NCBI GenBank assembly: GCA_963722725.1
Contig: CAVROB010000013.1
Location: 1,361,859-1,393,858 of the forward strand
DNA length: 32,000 nucleotides
Origin: an uncultured Acidobacteriota bacterium
Lineage (GTDB): Bacteria; Acidobacteriota; Terriglobia; Terriglobales; Acidobacteriaceae
Reading direction: 5' to 3'
In this document: positions 1-9,216 of the stretch, one piece after another
How positions within the stretch are numbered: the first letter of the stretch is position 1
Layout of the letters: each line of letters begins with the position of its first letter
The notes under the pieces: generated by a model
Database searches by the model: none
What the model was told of the DNA's origin: nothing
The model's input: the letters and a program-made list of their open reading frames with translations, nothing else
Translations under genes and position numbers: made by a program

Positions 1-157
1 CAAGCTTCACCAGCTTATCAACCGTCGAATTCTTGTAGGTCGTCACGGGTTCGAGTGTACCGCCAAATCTGTAGGTAAAAAGATGGCGAAGGTCCCTGAA
101 CCTAAGTAGAACAATAGATGCGCGCAGCAGTATGGAGGCCTCCAGCAAATACAAACT

Positions 158-787
158 TTGGAGGGGTTAAACGAAATGGGAACCGTACCTATAGATCAAA
201 ACCTAGAAGCCGAACACTGGTGTACACCAGATTTGGCACCGCAAACAGAGGCCGAAAAGAAGGCTGTTGAGTCCTTCAAAGCCTTTGAAATAGTTAATGT
301 CAAGCGTGAAGCTGCGGGAACGTACTTCGGTCAGGCAATGATCGAACTCCGTGAGGAAATTAAGTCCAGTCACGGTCGGAACTTCACTAAACGCCTAGAG
401 CAGCTTGGCATCAGCTACGAGAAGGCTCGCTATTGGATGGCCAAAATCGAGGGGAAGGAGACCGACAGGCACAAAGCAAAAGAAGATCCCATCTCTGATT
501 GGGACGCTGCCCTGCAAAAACTCGAAGCCCTAAGAGATGCCGTCGAAATGCTGGTGAAGTCCGAACCCGATGGCAGCGATGTCCTCGTCAAACCACTTCG
601 CCAGCTTGGTGATTTTATTGGTTGCCAAATCATATCCAAAGGAGAAGAAGATGAGCGCCTACTACAACGAAAACGACCCGAAGGCGGCCAGCCAAGGTCA
701 GATGCTTGCACGGAAATGAATCCCTCGGAGGTCGTCTCGCTCTCAACATCCTCATCGGGTTCTTCCTCGGGGCCACGCTCCACGTAA
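158..787 (+). CDS. hypothetical helical protein (phage/plasmid-type, DUF3102-like by eye); last ~45 aa probably read-through
   Basis: ORF track gives 209 aa (TTG at 158; alternative ATG at 176). Residues up to ...IISKGEEDE look protein-like (FGQAMIELREEIKSSHGRNFTKRLEQLGISYEKARYWM). The Ser/Pro/Gly-rich tail overlaps the convergent ORF 430..1386, so the true 3' end is unclear. Confidence 0.4.
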   Translation: MEGLNEMGTVPIDQNLEAEHWCTPDLAPQTEAEKKAVESFKAFEIVNVKREAAGTYFGQAMIELREEIKSSHGRNFTKRLEQLGISYEKARYWMAKIEGKETDRHKAKEDPISDWDAALQKLEALRDAVEMLVKSEPDGSDVLVKPLRQLGDFIGCQIISKGEEDERLLQRKRPEGGQPRSDACTEMNPSEVVSLSTSSSGSSSGPRST

Positions 788-1314
788 ACGCTCGCACGGG
801 CGATATAGTCGTCCCAAGCTTTGTCGAAATCCACGATTTCGACTATCCCGTCTGCGATCCTCACCGACTGCAATTCTGTCTGGCTGGGACTCGGACTGTA
901 GCCGCACAGCACACCGAACTCGGCGACCAGATAGAGACCCAGCTTGAGGGAGTCCGAGTCGACTACGTCGTACATCTTCCACGCTTGCGCCTCGACATCC
1001 ACCGCTGAGAACTCCGTTTTGTCCAAGTGTGCATCGAATAAGTTTTGCAAGACATGAAGCACGACTGTCACTGATATCCGGGCGAATCGTTCATGCTCCG
1101 GGTCCCCGCTGTAGTGGAATGCCAAAGGTCGCGGGAGGAAATCCTCACCTGTTTGTCCGACTCGCTTTAAGATTGCGAGATCGACCAACCGCTGCAGAGC
1201 TCGTGGCGATCTGAATCTCGTCACCAAGAGCCTCTTGGACGTCGATTCTTTTCCAGTGAGAAATCGATGCACCACTACCTTGGCGATTTCGCGTTCGGCG
1301 TCACACAAAGGCAT
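430..1314 (-). CDS. hypothetical protein; 3' ~90 codons probably read-through antisense to the 158..787 ORF
   Basis: ORF track 430..1386. The likely start is ATG at 1314 (MPLCDAEREIAKVV...), 8 nt after the stop of a small upstream minus-strand reading frame. The sequence is protein-like up to ...YVERGPEEEPDEDVESETTSEGF (about nt 720). After that it is low-complexity and antisense to the plus-strand ORF. Confidence 0.4.
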   Translation of the reverse strand: MPLCDAEREIAKVVVHRFLTGKESTSKRLLVTRFRSPRALQRLVDLAILKRVGQTGEDFLPRPLAFHYSGDPEHERFARISVTVVLHVLQNLFDAHLDKTEFSAVDVEAQAWKMYDVVDSDSLKLGLYLVAEFGVLCGYSPSPSQTELQSVRIADGIVEIVDFDKAWDDYIARASVYVERGPEEEPDEDVESETTSEGFISVQASDLGWPPSGRFRCSRRSSSSPLDMIWQPIKSPSWRSGLTRTSLPSGSDFTSISTASLRASSFCRAASQSEMGSSFALCLSVSFPSILAIQ

Positions 1315-1612
1315 GAGCAAGCTTATACTTTTTCCTTGTTCGCGGGCCACCGCTGATCGATTCTCGCCATGATCTGTTCGGCCCACTGGATAGCGTCCGC
1401 GATCGCGCTGACGGTCGCTGGAACCCGCGTCCCAGCCTCGTATTGCGCAGCGATCTAGTACCGGCAGGAAGGGAAACGTTGTTCCGGATGACAGTCAACT
1501 TGCAAGGATCGAAAAAGTTCCCAAGCGCGAATTCAAGCGCCGGGGAATCAACAGCACACGCTAGAAAAGATCTATAAAGCAGGTCCCTGCCGACGCGACG
1601 CTCAGGAAGGAA

Positions 1613-1762
1613 ATGACACAATTCTCATTGCGTGAACTGATGCGCGGAACCGGACTGAGTCAGAAGGCCATTTGCGCTGTGCTTCGTGGGCGGACTGTGC
1701 GCCGAAGAACGCTCATGATATCGGAGCTTGGCGTTGCACCTAATCTAAGAAACATAGGCTAG
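1613..1762 (+). CDS. small HTH-like protein (49 aa, XRE/Cro-like by eye)
   Basis: Hand-translated ATG..TAG ORF below the track cutoff: MTQFSLRELMRGTGLSQKAICAVLRGRTVRRRTLMISELGVAPNLRNIG. LSQKAICAVLRG resembles an HTH recognition segment. It is divergent from the minus-strand ORFs at 430..1621. Confidence 0.3.
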   Translation: MTQFSLRELMRGTGLSQKAICAVLRGRTVRRRTLMISELGVAPNLRNIG

Positions 1763-2068
1763 CAAGAGAAAAGTGGCGCGGTCACGGACTCTGGTCGCCC
1801 TCGGCAGTTGTGGCTGGAGGTGCTTTCCATGCGGAGAGGTTTACACTACCCGCCACCACGCGGGCTGTTCTCCGAAGGAAAATTGTCGAACTTGACATCA
1901 AAATGGGTCGTAGTAACATCTCTCTGTTGTCGCTCTTCCCAGTTAGCTTCATCTCGACCTAGCCATATTGTTTTTCAGGAAACCGTCGGGTGTTCGCATT
2001 GAAGAGCGAAGGGCACATTGTCGACAATCAAAGATTAACTAATTGACGAAAAGTATCCCTCCAAGAGA

Positions 2069-2662
2069 ATGGATTATTCTCTGACACTAACGATATCAGT
2101 CTGGATTTGGGTCGTTATGTCATCCTTGGCAGTGATTGCTTCTGGCGTCGCTGCAGTTACAACGTCCTTAGACGGTGATGAGTGGTATGCGACTGCGGTG
2201 TCTCTAGTTTGCTTCATAGCATCTGTCGGTTTCGCATATCTCTCGGTTTCCACAATTGGACACCCGGTTGTTGCCACGTGGACATGGCGCATTCTGGCCG
2301 GAGCTGCCGTCTGCTTCGGCGCGGTGTGCTCCATTGGGATAATGATCGGGCGTGAAGAGACGGGTGAGACTGTGTCTGTGATAGGGTCTACAGCTCTTGC
2401 CACGGTGCTGTTCATCCTCAGCATTTGGGCCAGACCTGCGGTCGCGGTGCCACAGGCCACTAATGTGTCTCGCGCCGCCGAGACGGCTTATCCTCAGATC
2501 ACGGTCTGGCACAATGTAGCCCTGACAATTCTCATATTGGGGACCTTGACATTCATTGCGCTCTTCGTAGCTGCCGTTAGGCGTGGTATTTTCCCGGCGA
2601 TCGAAAGTCATTGGGGGGGCTCGGAGGAGGGCTCGGGGGCTGGCAGATGTCCCCATCGTTGA
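2069..2662 (+). CDS. polytopic membrane protein, unknown function
   Basis: 197-aa ORF with about 6 hydrophobic helix-length segments (ISVWIWVVMSSLAVIASGVAAV, VSLVCFIASVGFAYLSV, ILAGAAVCFGAVCSIGIMIG, ALATVLFILSIWA, ALTILILGTLTFIALFVAAV). Confidence 0.55.
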   Translation: MDYSLTLTISVWIWVVMSSLAVIASGVAAVTTSLDGDEWYATAVSLVCFIASVGFAYLSVSTIGHPVVATWTWRILAGAAVCFGAVCSIGIMIGREETGETVSVIGSTALATVLFILSIWARPAVAVPQATNVSRAAETAYPQITVWHNVALTILILGTLTFIALFVAAVRRGIFPAIESHWGGSEEGSGAGRCPHR

Positions 2663-2823
2663 GTTATCTGGTTGCGGCTGTCGTGTTCGGCATCCTATTC
2701 TGCGTCCTCCTCTTGCGCGAAGAGAATTCCGCCAACGCACCCGCGCTCAACCCGACGGTGAAAGAAGTCACCACGCCGAAGCCACCCGCAACAACGCCGG
2801 CTACGGAACCAACTTCCAAGTGA
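2611..2823 (+). CDS. small single-pass membrane protein with Pro/Thr-rich tail (start possibly ATG 2647)
   Basis: ORF track 70 aa. It has one clear TM segment (LSYLVAAVVFGILFCVLLL) followed by PTVKEVTTPKPPATTPATEPTSK. It overlaps the end of the preceding membrane ORF. Confidence 0.35.
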   Translation: MGGLGGGLGGWQMSPSLSYLVAAVVFGILFCVLLLREENSANAPALNPTVKEVTTPKPPATTPATEPTSK

Positions 2824-2877
2824 TTGTCTGGATTGTTTGCGACGCATGACGGGACATCCTGAAGGGGTTTACGACAA

Positions 2878-4228
2878 ATGCCGATCTTGATCCTGGAAAA
2901 ACCAGAACCGTTGAGCGAAGCGTCGCGCGGACAGGCCAAGCCCATGCTCGTCGGTTCTGACGCAATGAGACTGCTAGCACATGAGTTGGGGCGTTACTGC
3001 AGACAGGAGGTAACTGGACGGTCATTTCTAATTGCCGGCCACCGAGGCTCGGGTAAGACAACTCTCGTACAGGGCGGGTTCCAGCAAGTCCTCGACCAAA
3101 TGGCAGCGGAAGACACGCGTGATCGAAGCTCGTTGCGACCACTACTGATTCTTTTGCAAGGTCCGAATCTTCTTCCCGGCCCGCCGGAATTAGAAGTGAC
3201 GGCAGCGGCTGCGACGAATGCCGTCGAGTGACGTTATCACTAGTGCCGGACCAAGTAGTGAAATGGAAAACGTTCTCATCCAAATCACCCTAGGCTTGTA
3301 TCGCTCGCTCGCCCGGGAGTTCACGCGTGCATTTCGCTTTGTAGCGACCAACGTACCAGTCGGGAGAGGGATCCATTTCCGCGTAACCGAGATGAATTGG
3401 CCGCGCAATTTGAACTCGAGCTAGATCAGTACCTGGCCCATGCGCTTGCGCGAATACTGGCGGTGTGGCGGCTTTCTACGACAGGGGTGCTCTTCCCGAT
3501 GGAATTTCTTCCTTTTCCAAACATCGGGGGGGGGCGACCTTGGGAGTTTTAAGGGGTTCTCGACCTTTTGATCAAGGCCTTCGAGAATTGGTTGCGCTTT
3601 CTTCCGCATGCGAAGTCTATAAGCGGATATGTGGGACGATCAGTCGAAGGGAAGAGAACAAGGCGGGTAAGGAAGATAAAGCTGAGGCTCAAGTTGCTAT
3701 AGATGCTAAAGGGTCGGATCTAATGAAGCCGTGATCGCCCTCCTCACCGGCGGTTTGGCGGGAACCGGAGTGCTCGCGGCCAATCCCTCTGCGTATGCCA
3801 CAGCGGCCCTTGCCGGCCTTCTTGGGGCCTGACGACGTCGGTCGTATTAAAACGTTCCATCTCGTGGTCGCGTCAGCGGTCAGTGAGTCGGGAGGATCTA
3901 TCGTTCCGAACCTATCCGTCGCAACGCTGGACCGGGTCCTTCCGGTACTTATTGAACGTATTCGCCTGGCAGGTCTAGCACCCGTGTTTGTTGTCGACGA
4001 GCTAGACAAAGTGGTCGGACTCCCCAACGGATCACCGAGATGGTGCGCCGGCTCAAGAAGTTCGTTGCCGAGAATGCCTTCTTCTGTTTCTTGACCGATC
4101 GACTTTACTCGAGGAGATGCGTGAACGGACGGCAAATGCACCTTACCCGATCGAGTACACTTACTTTACAATCAAGTCTTTGTGGCCTCAAACATCAGGA
4201 CTTGCACCAATACTCGGCGAGTGACTGA
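2878..4228 (+). pseudogene. P-loop NTPase (AAA/KAP-like) disrupted by multiple frameshifts and stops; decay probably continues to about 5800
   Basis: Walker A (AGHRGSGKTTL) lies in ORF 2878..3231. Walker B (PVFVVDELDKV) lies in ORF 3795..4094, in a different frame. Protein-like segments hop between frames (1>2>1>3>2>3>2). A TM-like stretch (VIALLTGGLAGTGVLAANPSAYATAALAGLLGA, about 3725..3830) sits between the two Walker motifs. One frame change coincides with a G9 run at 3526..3534. Confidence 0.6.
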
Positions 4229-6603
4229 ACCTCCACAGCCGAGTCCGCCAAAGAAGGTGTGGGGGTCGAGCAGTTAGTCGCTGATCGGGAAGCATACGAA
4301 TACTCGGCCGATTACCCGGTATTGCCTTACATTCTTTTGCATGCTCCCAGATGCACCCGATCGACCTGCACCGCCAGTTGGCAGCTGTCCGGAACTCCAT
4401 GGGTCAGGTGTCTTTGGAGCCGGCGCGGTTCGAAGCAGGCCCCGCTACCGTTCCGAGCTGATGATTCAGGTGGCGATCGAAATTGTGCTCGAGGAAGAGG
4501 ACATGCAGGCAGAATTGGATCGGCAACCTGCATTTCTCCGGCTGGCGCACACGCAATGTACTACATTTCACGGCGCTGGGCCGAGCGCCCGAACGCCTCG
4601 TTCTGGAGGCGGAAGGCATAGCGGATTTGACGCTATCTTTCCGGCCGAATGACGACTGACACTCCGCCTAAGGAATCCCAGCAAAGAAGCAGGGAAGTAG
4701 ACAAAGATCAACAATCAGCTACCTATATGCAAGCCCCGGCGACCCATTTCCATGAGGCACCACCACAAGTCGAACCGGCACAGCGGAAATTTTTGATGGA
4801 TTGCGTGCGTGAACTGGCCGCCCTGCTGGCTTCACCGGTGACGCTCCGAGAACGCGCAAAGGCCAAAGGGCCCCAAGTGGTGCTCGACGCATTGCCGAGC
4901 GATCCCACGTACCGGGAAGGTAAGGAGCGACCGAGGCGGTACAGTCGGACGCCGAGAACGAAGGTGCGAAGAGAAGCGCCAAACAGGCCCGGAGACGGAC
5001 GGAAGGAGAGGCTGACCACGACGAGGAGACACTTGCCGAGCTTACGCGTGGTTCAATCGAACCTAGCACCCTCTCCAGCCAACGGAATTATCGGCACGAC
5101 CCCGGCTTGGGCGGATGTGAAGCGGGCCCTGGCCCGTCTCGCACCGCTCAAACCAGCAGTGTGGCCTACCTGAGCAGGACGCTGATGTCGTGGTGCTCAA
5201 CGACTGGCGCTCTGCTGAAACGCAGTGGCGATAATATCGCGCTCGCTCTCGTGTGGGGAGGTGATCGGAAAGTGGAAACGGGAGCAGCAAAGTGTCCTGC
5301 GAGGCCTCAAGGTTATCTCGGACGCTTTCTGGCTCAGAGATATGTCGGAGACCAGGTTAGGTCGATACCCTGGATTCGCCGAACAAATCAGCATCAGATC
5401 AAAAGCAGACGTGAAGGACCCGCCGGCACTGTCCTCAACACAGAATCTCGCTGTCTGGGCCGAGTGGGTTACGCACGTCCAAAGCAGCGTACCCTTAAGA
5501 TCGATCAACGGGAGGATATCCTCGAGAGTCCCAGCGGGAATCTTGGCGCTCCTGGTATACGCGATTGCAGAGCCTGCGGCACAGCAGGGTAGGCCAGATC
5601 TTAGCGACATAATCTGCATGGCGGCCCGTGCTGGACCTGCCCAGTATCTGAACTTTGACTCACTCCATGACACTAGGGAATGGAGCGAAGTATTATCGGC
5701 CGTTATTCTGGAAAAACCTGAGACCCGAGCTACGCCCCTCCGTGGCTCTTCCTCGCTGCGTTGCAACAGCTCGGCTTTACGCATCAAGTACTCACGTGGG
5801 TAGACGCCTCTCCAGTCGTCAGGTCGCGAATATGGCGGTAACGGAAGTCTGATGAAGAATCCGCGACTGTAGTGAAGGAAAGCACCTCTAAAACAGAGGG
5901 GCGTCGGCCCTCTACCTGAGTCAGCAATCGGCAGGCCTGTTAGCGCGGCGGCCGTCCCAGCGCACGCGCGATAGACTGGGAGTGACCAGTCGCGAGAGGT
6001 CGAGGTCTGGAAGCCGACGAGATACGGCTACCGTCTGGCCTGGACACTCCCGAGATGCCTGTGGAACGGACGGCCGAGAAGCGGGACCGATGTCCGATCT
6101 GATACGAGATGCAAGTTCAAACCTCTGGACCGCAAGACCAGAGAATCGCTTCTTCAATCCGAGCCCAAGCGCAAATACCTTAATACTGGAACTCCGAGCT
6201 TACATGCCGCACGAAACGCCATCACTGCAAGAGTCTGAGGTCTCTTCTAAGGCGGGGTCTCAACCACTGTAGTCCGTCCCAAGAGGTGTAACACTCCCGT
6301 CGTATAGCCTACCCTCGATCTGCATTGCAACCAACTGACGCGACCCTAGACTGACACGCTGGTAAGGGGGGATCTGCGTAGGGGTTACAGCGTTCTGAAA
6401 GGGCCACCCGCAGTAACACCTAACCTCACCGCCCCCAAAGACTGGGAGCGCGACCCAACGGATTTGCTACTCATCCCGTTACTCAATGAGCCAAACGTGG
6501 CCGAAAGAGCCGCGTTGCGGCCAACGGGACCGCTCAAAATAAAGGGTTGACGACCGGAAACAGGGAAAGATTTCGAGACCTGGGTCCCCTGCTAAGTTGC
6601 CCG

Positions 6604-7125
6604 TTAGGTTTCCCGCGTATCGACGGCCTCTCCTTTTTCCACGAAAGCCTGCAGCCAGCCGAGAACACGAATCCATCCCTGATAATGATCGGCCGCCGCT
6701 TTTGGAGCACCGGCAAATCCTTCGTGACGAACCCTCACCATCGTGCCCGTTCCAACCTTTTGTGGACCGCGATGCTGCAGGCCATGAATCTGCTGCGGCT
6801 CGAGCTCCCAACGCACGATGGTCTTCAGCGGGCCGCTCCAACTCGCAATCCAGGTGTGAACCAATAGGCGTGGCGGATCAATCTCCAAATATTCGCCGTC
6901 CACGCGAAACGAAGTGCCGTCCTCGCGCACGCCGACGCTCGAATATTTTCCGCCCACGCGAAAATCAGCTTTCCGTTCCGTAATGCGATACATGCCTCTC
7001 TGGCCCCACCACTGTGAAGTCTCGGCGGGATCGGTCATCGCCTGGAAGACTCGTTCCGGTGGCGCAGCAATGAAGATTTCCGCGGTCACCATATCTTGAT
7101 CGGAAGTGATTGCATTTGTAGCCAT
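6604..7125 (-). CDS. SRPBCC superfamily protein (AHSA1/Aha1-like domain)
   Basis: 173 aa. The N-terminus (ITSDQDMVTAEIFIAAPPERVFQAMTDPAETSQWWG) and the motifs PPRLLVHTW and RWELEP are shared with the two downstream paralogs. Confidence 0.85.
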   Translation of the reverse strand: MATNAITSDQDMVTAEIFIAAPPERVFQAMTDPAETSQWWGQRGMYRITERKADFRVGGKYSSVGVREDGTSFRVDGEYLEIDPPRLLVHTWIASWSGPLKTIVRWELEPQQIHGLQHRGPQKVGTGTMVRVRHEGFAGAPKAAADHYQGWIRVLGWLQAFVEKGEAVDTRET

Positions 7126-7136
7126 GAAGCCTCCTT

Positions 7137-7610
7137 TTATTTCTCAACAAATTGTTTGAGCAGCTTGACCACGCCCGGCCAGCCGCCGCTGTAATCCTTG
7201 CGGGCAACCGGTTCCTGCGCCAGACCGCTGTGGGTAACTTTGACGTGCGTGCCGTCGTTGGTCGGCGTCAGCTCCCAGCGCACTACGGTTCTTAGGCTCT
7301 TGTCATCGTGCCAATTTGAAATCCAGGTGTAGGCCAGCAGTCGCGGGGGATCGAATTCAAGCACTTCACCCTGGCAACAAGACTGGTTTACACCTTTGAA
7401 ATTCAACTTGGTCTTCCTTGTTCCGAAGCGCCATTGGCCTCCGGGGCGGGCATCCATTTCGAAGAATTCCGTCTGGCACTCTTCACTATTCCACCAACGA
7501 ATGACCTGTTGAGGATCAGTGATCGCTTGAAATACTCGCTCCGGCGGTGCTGAGATATGAATCTCGCTAACAATCGCATCCTGATCGGGAGTAACTAATG
7601 TTGTAGCCAT
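7137..7610 (-). CDS. SRPBCC superfamily protein (AHSA1-like), paralog 2
   Basis: 157 aa with VTPDQDAIVSEIHISAPPERVFQAITDPQQVIRWW, PPRLLAYTW, VVRWELTP and VKVTHSGL. It starts 11 nt from the neighbouring paralog. Confidence 0.9.
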   Translation of the reverse strand: MATTLVTPDQDAIVSEIHISAPPERVFQAITDPQQVIRWWNSEECQTEFFEMDARPGGQWRFGTRKTKLNFKGVNQSCCQGEVLEFDPPRLLAYTWISNWHDDKSLRTVVRWELTPTNDGTHVKVTHSGLAQEPVARKDYSGGWPGVVKLLKQFVEK

Positions 7611-7625
7611 CGTGTTTGCTCCTCA

Positions 7626-8105
7626 CTATTTTTCCAGATACTTCTTGATCGTTTCGATTAGACCACCCCAACCCTGACTGTATGCCGCACGCGACACGGG
7701 TAGTTGCGCAAGACCGCTATGGGTCACCTTGAGCCGCGTCCCCGCCGGAATTGGCGTGAGCTCCCATCGCACCACCGTTTTGTGCGACGGAATTTCGTGA
7801 AAGTTGGCCAACCACGTGTGGACCAGCAGCCGTGGCGGATCGATTTCAAGGACTTCGCCGCGATGCTCGAATTGGCGCGGTTTGCCATCCGGGTTCTTAC
7901 CGCTTTTTTCGCGCGAGATGAATTCCCACTTTCCTCCGGGGCGCGCATCCATTTCCCAGACGGTGATCTCGTGGGTTTCGCCGGAGCCCCACTTCAGAGC
8001 CTCATTGCGATCGACGAGGGCCCGGAAGACGCGTTCCGGGGGAACGGCAATCTCGATTTCGCTGACAACGGCATCCTGATCGGGCGTGATTCGTGTTGTA
8101 GCCAC
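7626..8105 (-). CDS. SRPBCC superfamily protein (AHSA1-like), paralog 3
   Basis: 159 aa with ITPDQDAVVSEIEIAVPPERVFRALVDRNEALKW, PPRLLVHTW, VVRWELTP and LKVTHSGLAQ. Confidence 0.9.
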   Translation of the reverse strand: MATTRITPDQDAVVSEIEIAVPPERVFRALVDRNEALKWGSGETHEITVWEMDARPGGKWEFISREKSGKNPDGKPRQFEHRGEVLEIDPPRLLVHTWLANFHEIPSHKTVVRWELTPIPAGTRLKVTHSGLAQLPVSRAAYSQGWGGLIETIKKYLEK

Positions 8106-8145
8106 TGGCTTCTCCTTGCTTGAATTCGTTGCCTGTTCTGCAAAT

Positions 8146-8178
8146 GCGGTTCGCCAGGAAGCCTTCCTTGCGAACCGC
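8146..8178 (-). terminator. GC-rich stem-loop between the secreted-protein gene and the SRPBCC triplet (terminator or attenuator candidate)
   Basis: GCGGTTCGC...GCGAACCGC is a perfect 9-bp inverted repeat with further pairing in the spacer. It starts 5 nt downstream of the 8183 stop. The minus-strand tail ATTTGCAG is only weakly U-rich. Confidence 0.35.
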
Positions 8179-8182
8179 GATT

Positions 8183-8668
8183 CTATTTGCGCGTCAGGTC
8201 AAAGACCTGCTTCATCTGCTTGCCGTGGTCGATAAAATTCCACTCCTCGATATGGTGGTCGGGCCCGAGCATCGCGATCACCACATGATCCATGTGCCCC
8301 GACTGCGGACTCTCGAGATTGGTGGCATCGACAAAGTTGAAGGTGATGGTTTTACCATCCGGCGAAGCGCTGGCCTGCATTCGAGGCTGGTTTCCGACGC
8401 CGCAATAATGAGTAAGGAGCAGACGATTCGGTCCGTCGAAGTTAATCATGGAGATCATGTTTTCGCCATGACCCACGATTTCGCTCATCAACGCGGATCC
8501 TCCCGCGGTCATTCGATAAGTAACCTCGACCGGCTCGCCTTGAGAGCTTTTTCCTTCCCAGGAACCGGCGAGCGATTTCAGTTGGTCGAATGACTTCTGC
8601 GCGTCCGACTGGGCGAAAACAGCGGTTGTGAACAACAAGATACAAGCTGCAATGCGAAGCGTCTTCAT
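8183..8668 (-). CDS. secreted protein, DUF1579-like beta-barrel (by eye)
   Basis: 161 aa with a signal peptide (MKTLRIAACILLFTTAVFAQS). LAGSWEGK...THYC...NQPRM is the pattern I associate with DUF1579-type proteins that co-occur with ArsR/SRPBCC genes. Confidence 0.7.
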   Translation of the reverse strand: MKTLRIAACILLFTTAVFAQSDAQKSFDQLKSLAGSWEGKSSQGEPVEVTYRMTAGGSALMSEIVGHGENMISMINFDGPNRLLLTHYCGVGNQPRMQASASPDGKTITFNFVDATNLESPQSGHMDHVVIAMLGPDHHIEEWNFIDHGKQMKQVFDLTRK

Positions 8669-8671
8669 TTT

Positions 8672-9055
8672 TCATTTCTCCTTTGTCATTTTTTGTTTTG
8701 CCCGTTCGTGGGCGGTTTCCTTTGCGTATTCAGCCTCGACAAAAGTCTTTAAGTTGACCAGACTCGTCTGCCAGAAGACACGATATTGTTCCAACCAGGC
8801 GTCAACTGCCTTTAGCGGCCCCGGGTTGAGCTGATAGAGTCGGTGGCGGCCTTCCCGTCTTTCCTGCACCAGATGCGCCCGGCGCAACAGTCGCAGATGT
8901 TTCGAGATGGCCGGCCGCGACACCGGAAAAACCCGCGCAATCTCCCCCGCCGGCTGAATGCCCTTCCGCAGAAGATCAAGCACCGCTCTTCTGGTCGGAT
9001 CGGCTAAAACCTGAAAAGTCGCTTCCGTGGAATATGTAACCGATCGGTTCCGCAT
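8672..9055 (-). CDS. ArsR/SmtB-family transcriptional regulator
   Basis: 127 aa with LADPTRRAVLDLLRKG...AGEIARVFPVSRPAISKHLRLLRRAHLV, a winged-HTH signature. Confidence 0.9.
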   Translation of the reverse strand: MRNRSVTYSTEATFQVLADPTRRAVLDLLRKGIQPAGEIARVFPVSRPAISKHLRLLRRAHLVQERREGRHRLYQLNPGPLKAVDAWLEQYRVFWQTSLVNLKTFVEAEYAKETAHERAKQKMTKEK

Positions 9056-9076
9056 AATGTGTAACTGTACGGTTAC
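9036..9076. promoter_or_regulatory. two GTAAC-N6-GTTNC inverted-repeat sites (candidate ArsR operators)
   Basis: GTAACCGATCGGTTC lies at 9036..9050 (core AACCGATCGGTT is a perfect palindrome). GTAACTGTACGGTTAC lies at 9061..9076. The two sites straddle the start codon of the minus-strand ArsR gene at 9055. Confidence 0.4.
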
Positions 9077-9198
9077 GCGATAGGGTTGTCAAGAGAAAAG
9101 TTTTGATGGATTTTTTCCAAGCCGAGTTCCCTCTCCAGCGGGCAATGAAACTTTCGGGGTTGACAGGGAGCGTCAACTCTCGTTACATTACTTATCTG

Positions 9199-9208
9199 GT
9201 TATATAAC
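9199..9208. promoter_or_regulatory. perfect palindrome GTTATATAAC 9 nt upstream of the plus-strand ArsR start
   Basis: Read directly from the sequence. It is flanked by further GTTAC/GTTAT half-sites (cGTTACatta...acgGTTATgc). Confidence 0.35.
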
Positions 9209-9216
9209 TGACGGTT

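Noticed and set aside
651-719. Short ORF MSAYYNENDPKAASQGQMLARK, whose first ~13 aa resemble the N-termini of phage-type DNA methyltransferases as I remember them
   Set aside because: It is only about 13 residues of remembered similarity, followed by a stop. That is too little to support a methyltransferase remnant without a database search.
5197-5803. Mutually antisense ORFs 5225..5803 (+, 192 aa) and 5197..5787 (-, 196 aa), and ORF 4649..5173 (+)
   Set aside because: I cannot decide strand or function from sequence alone. The plus-strand versions look like further fragments of the decayed NTPase locus, so they are covered by that finding rather than annotated as genes.
5850-6600. About 750 bp without convincing ORFs, scanned for tRNA, RNase P-like or riboswitch-like features
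   Set aside because: No recognisable conserved RNA motifs or strong hairpins were seen by eye. It is probably degraded intergenic or pseudogene DNA, and a covariance-model scan would be needed to say more.
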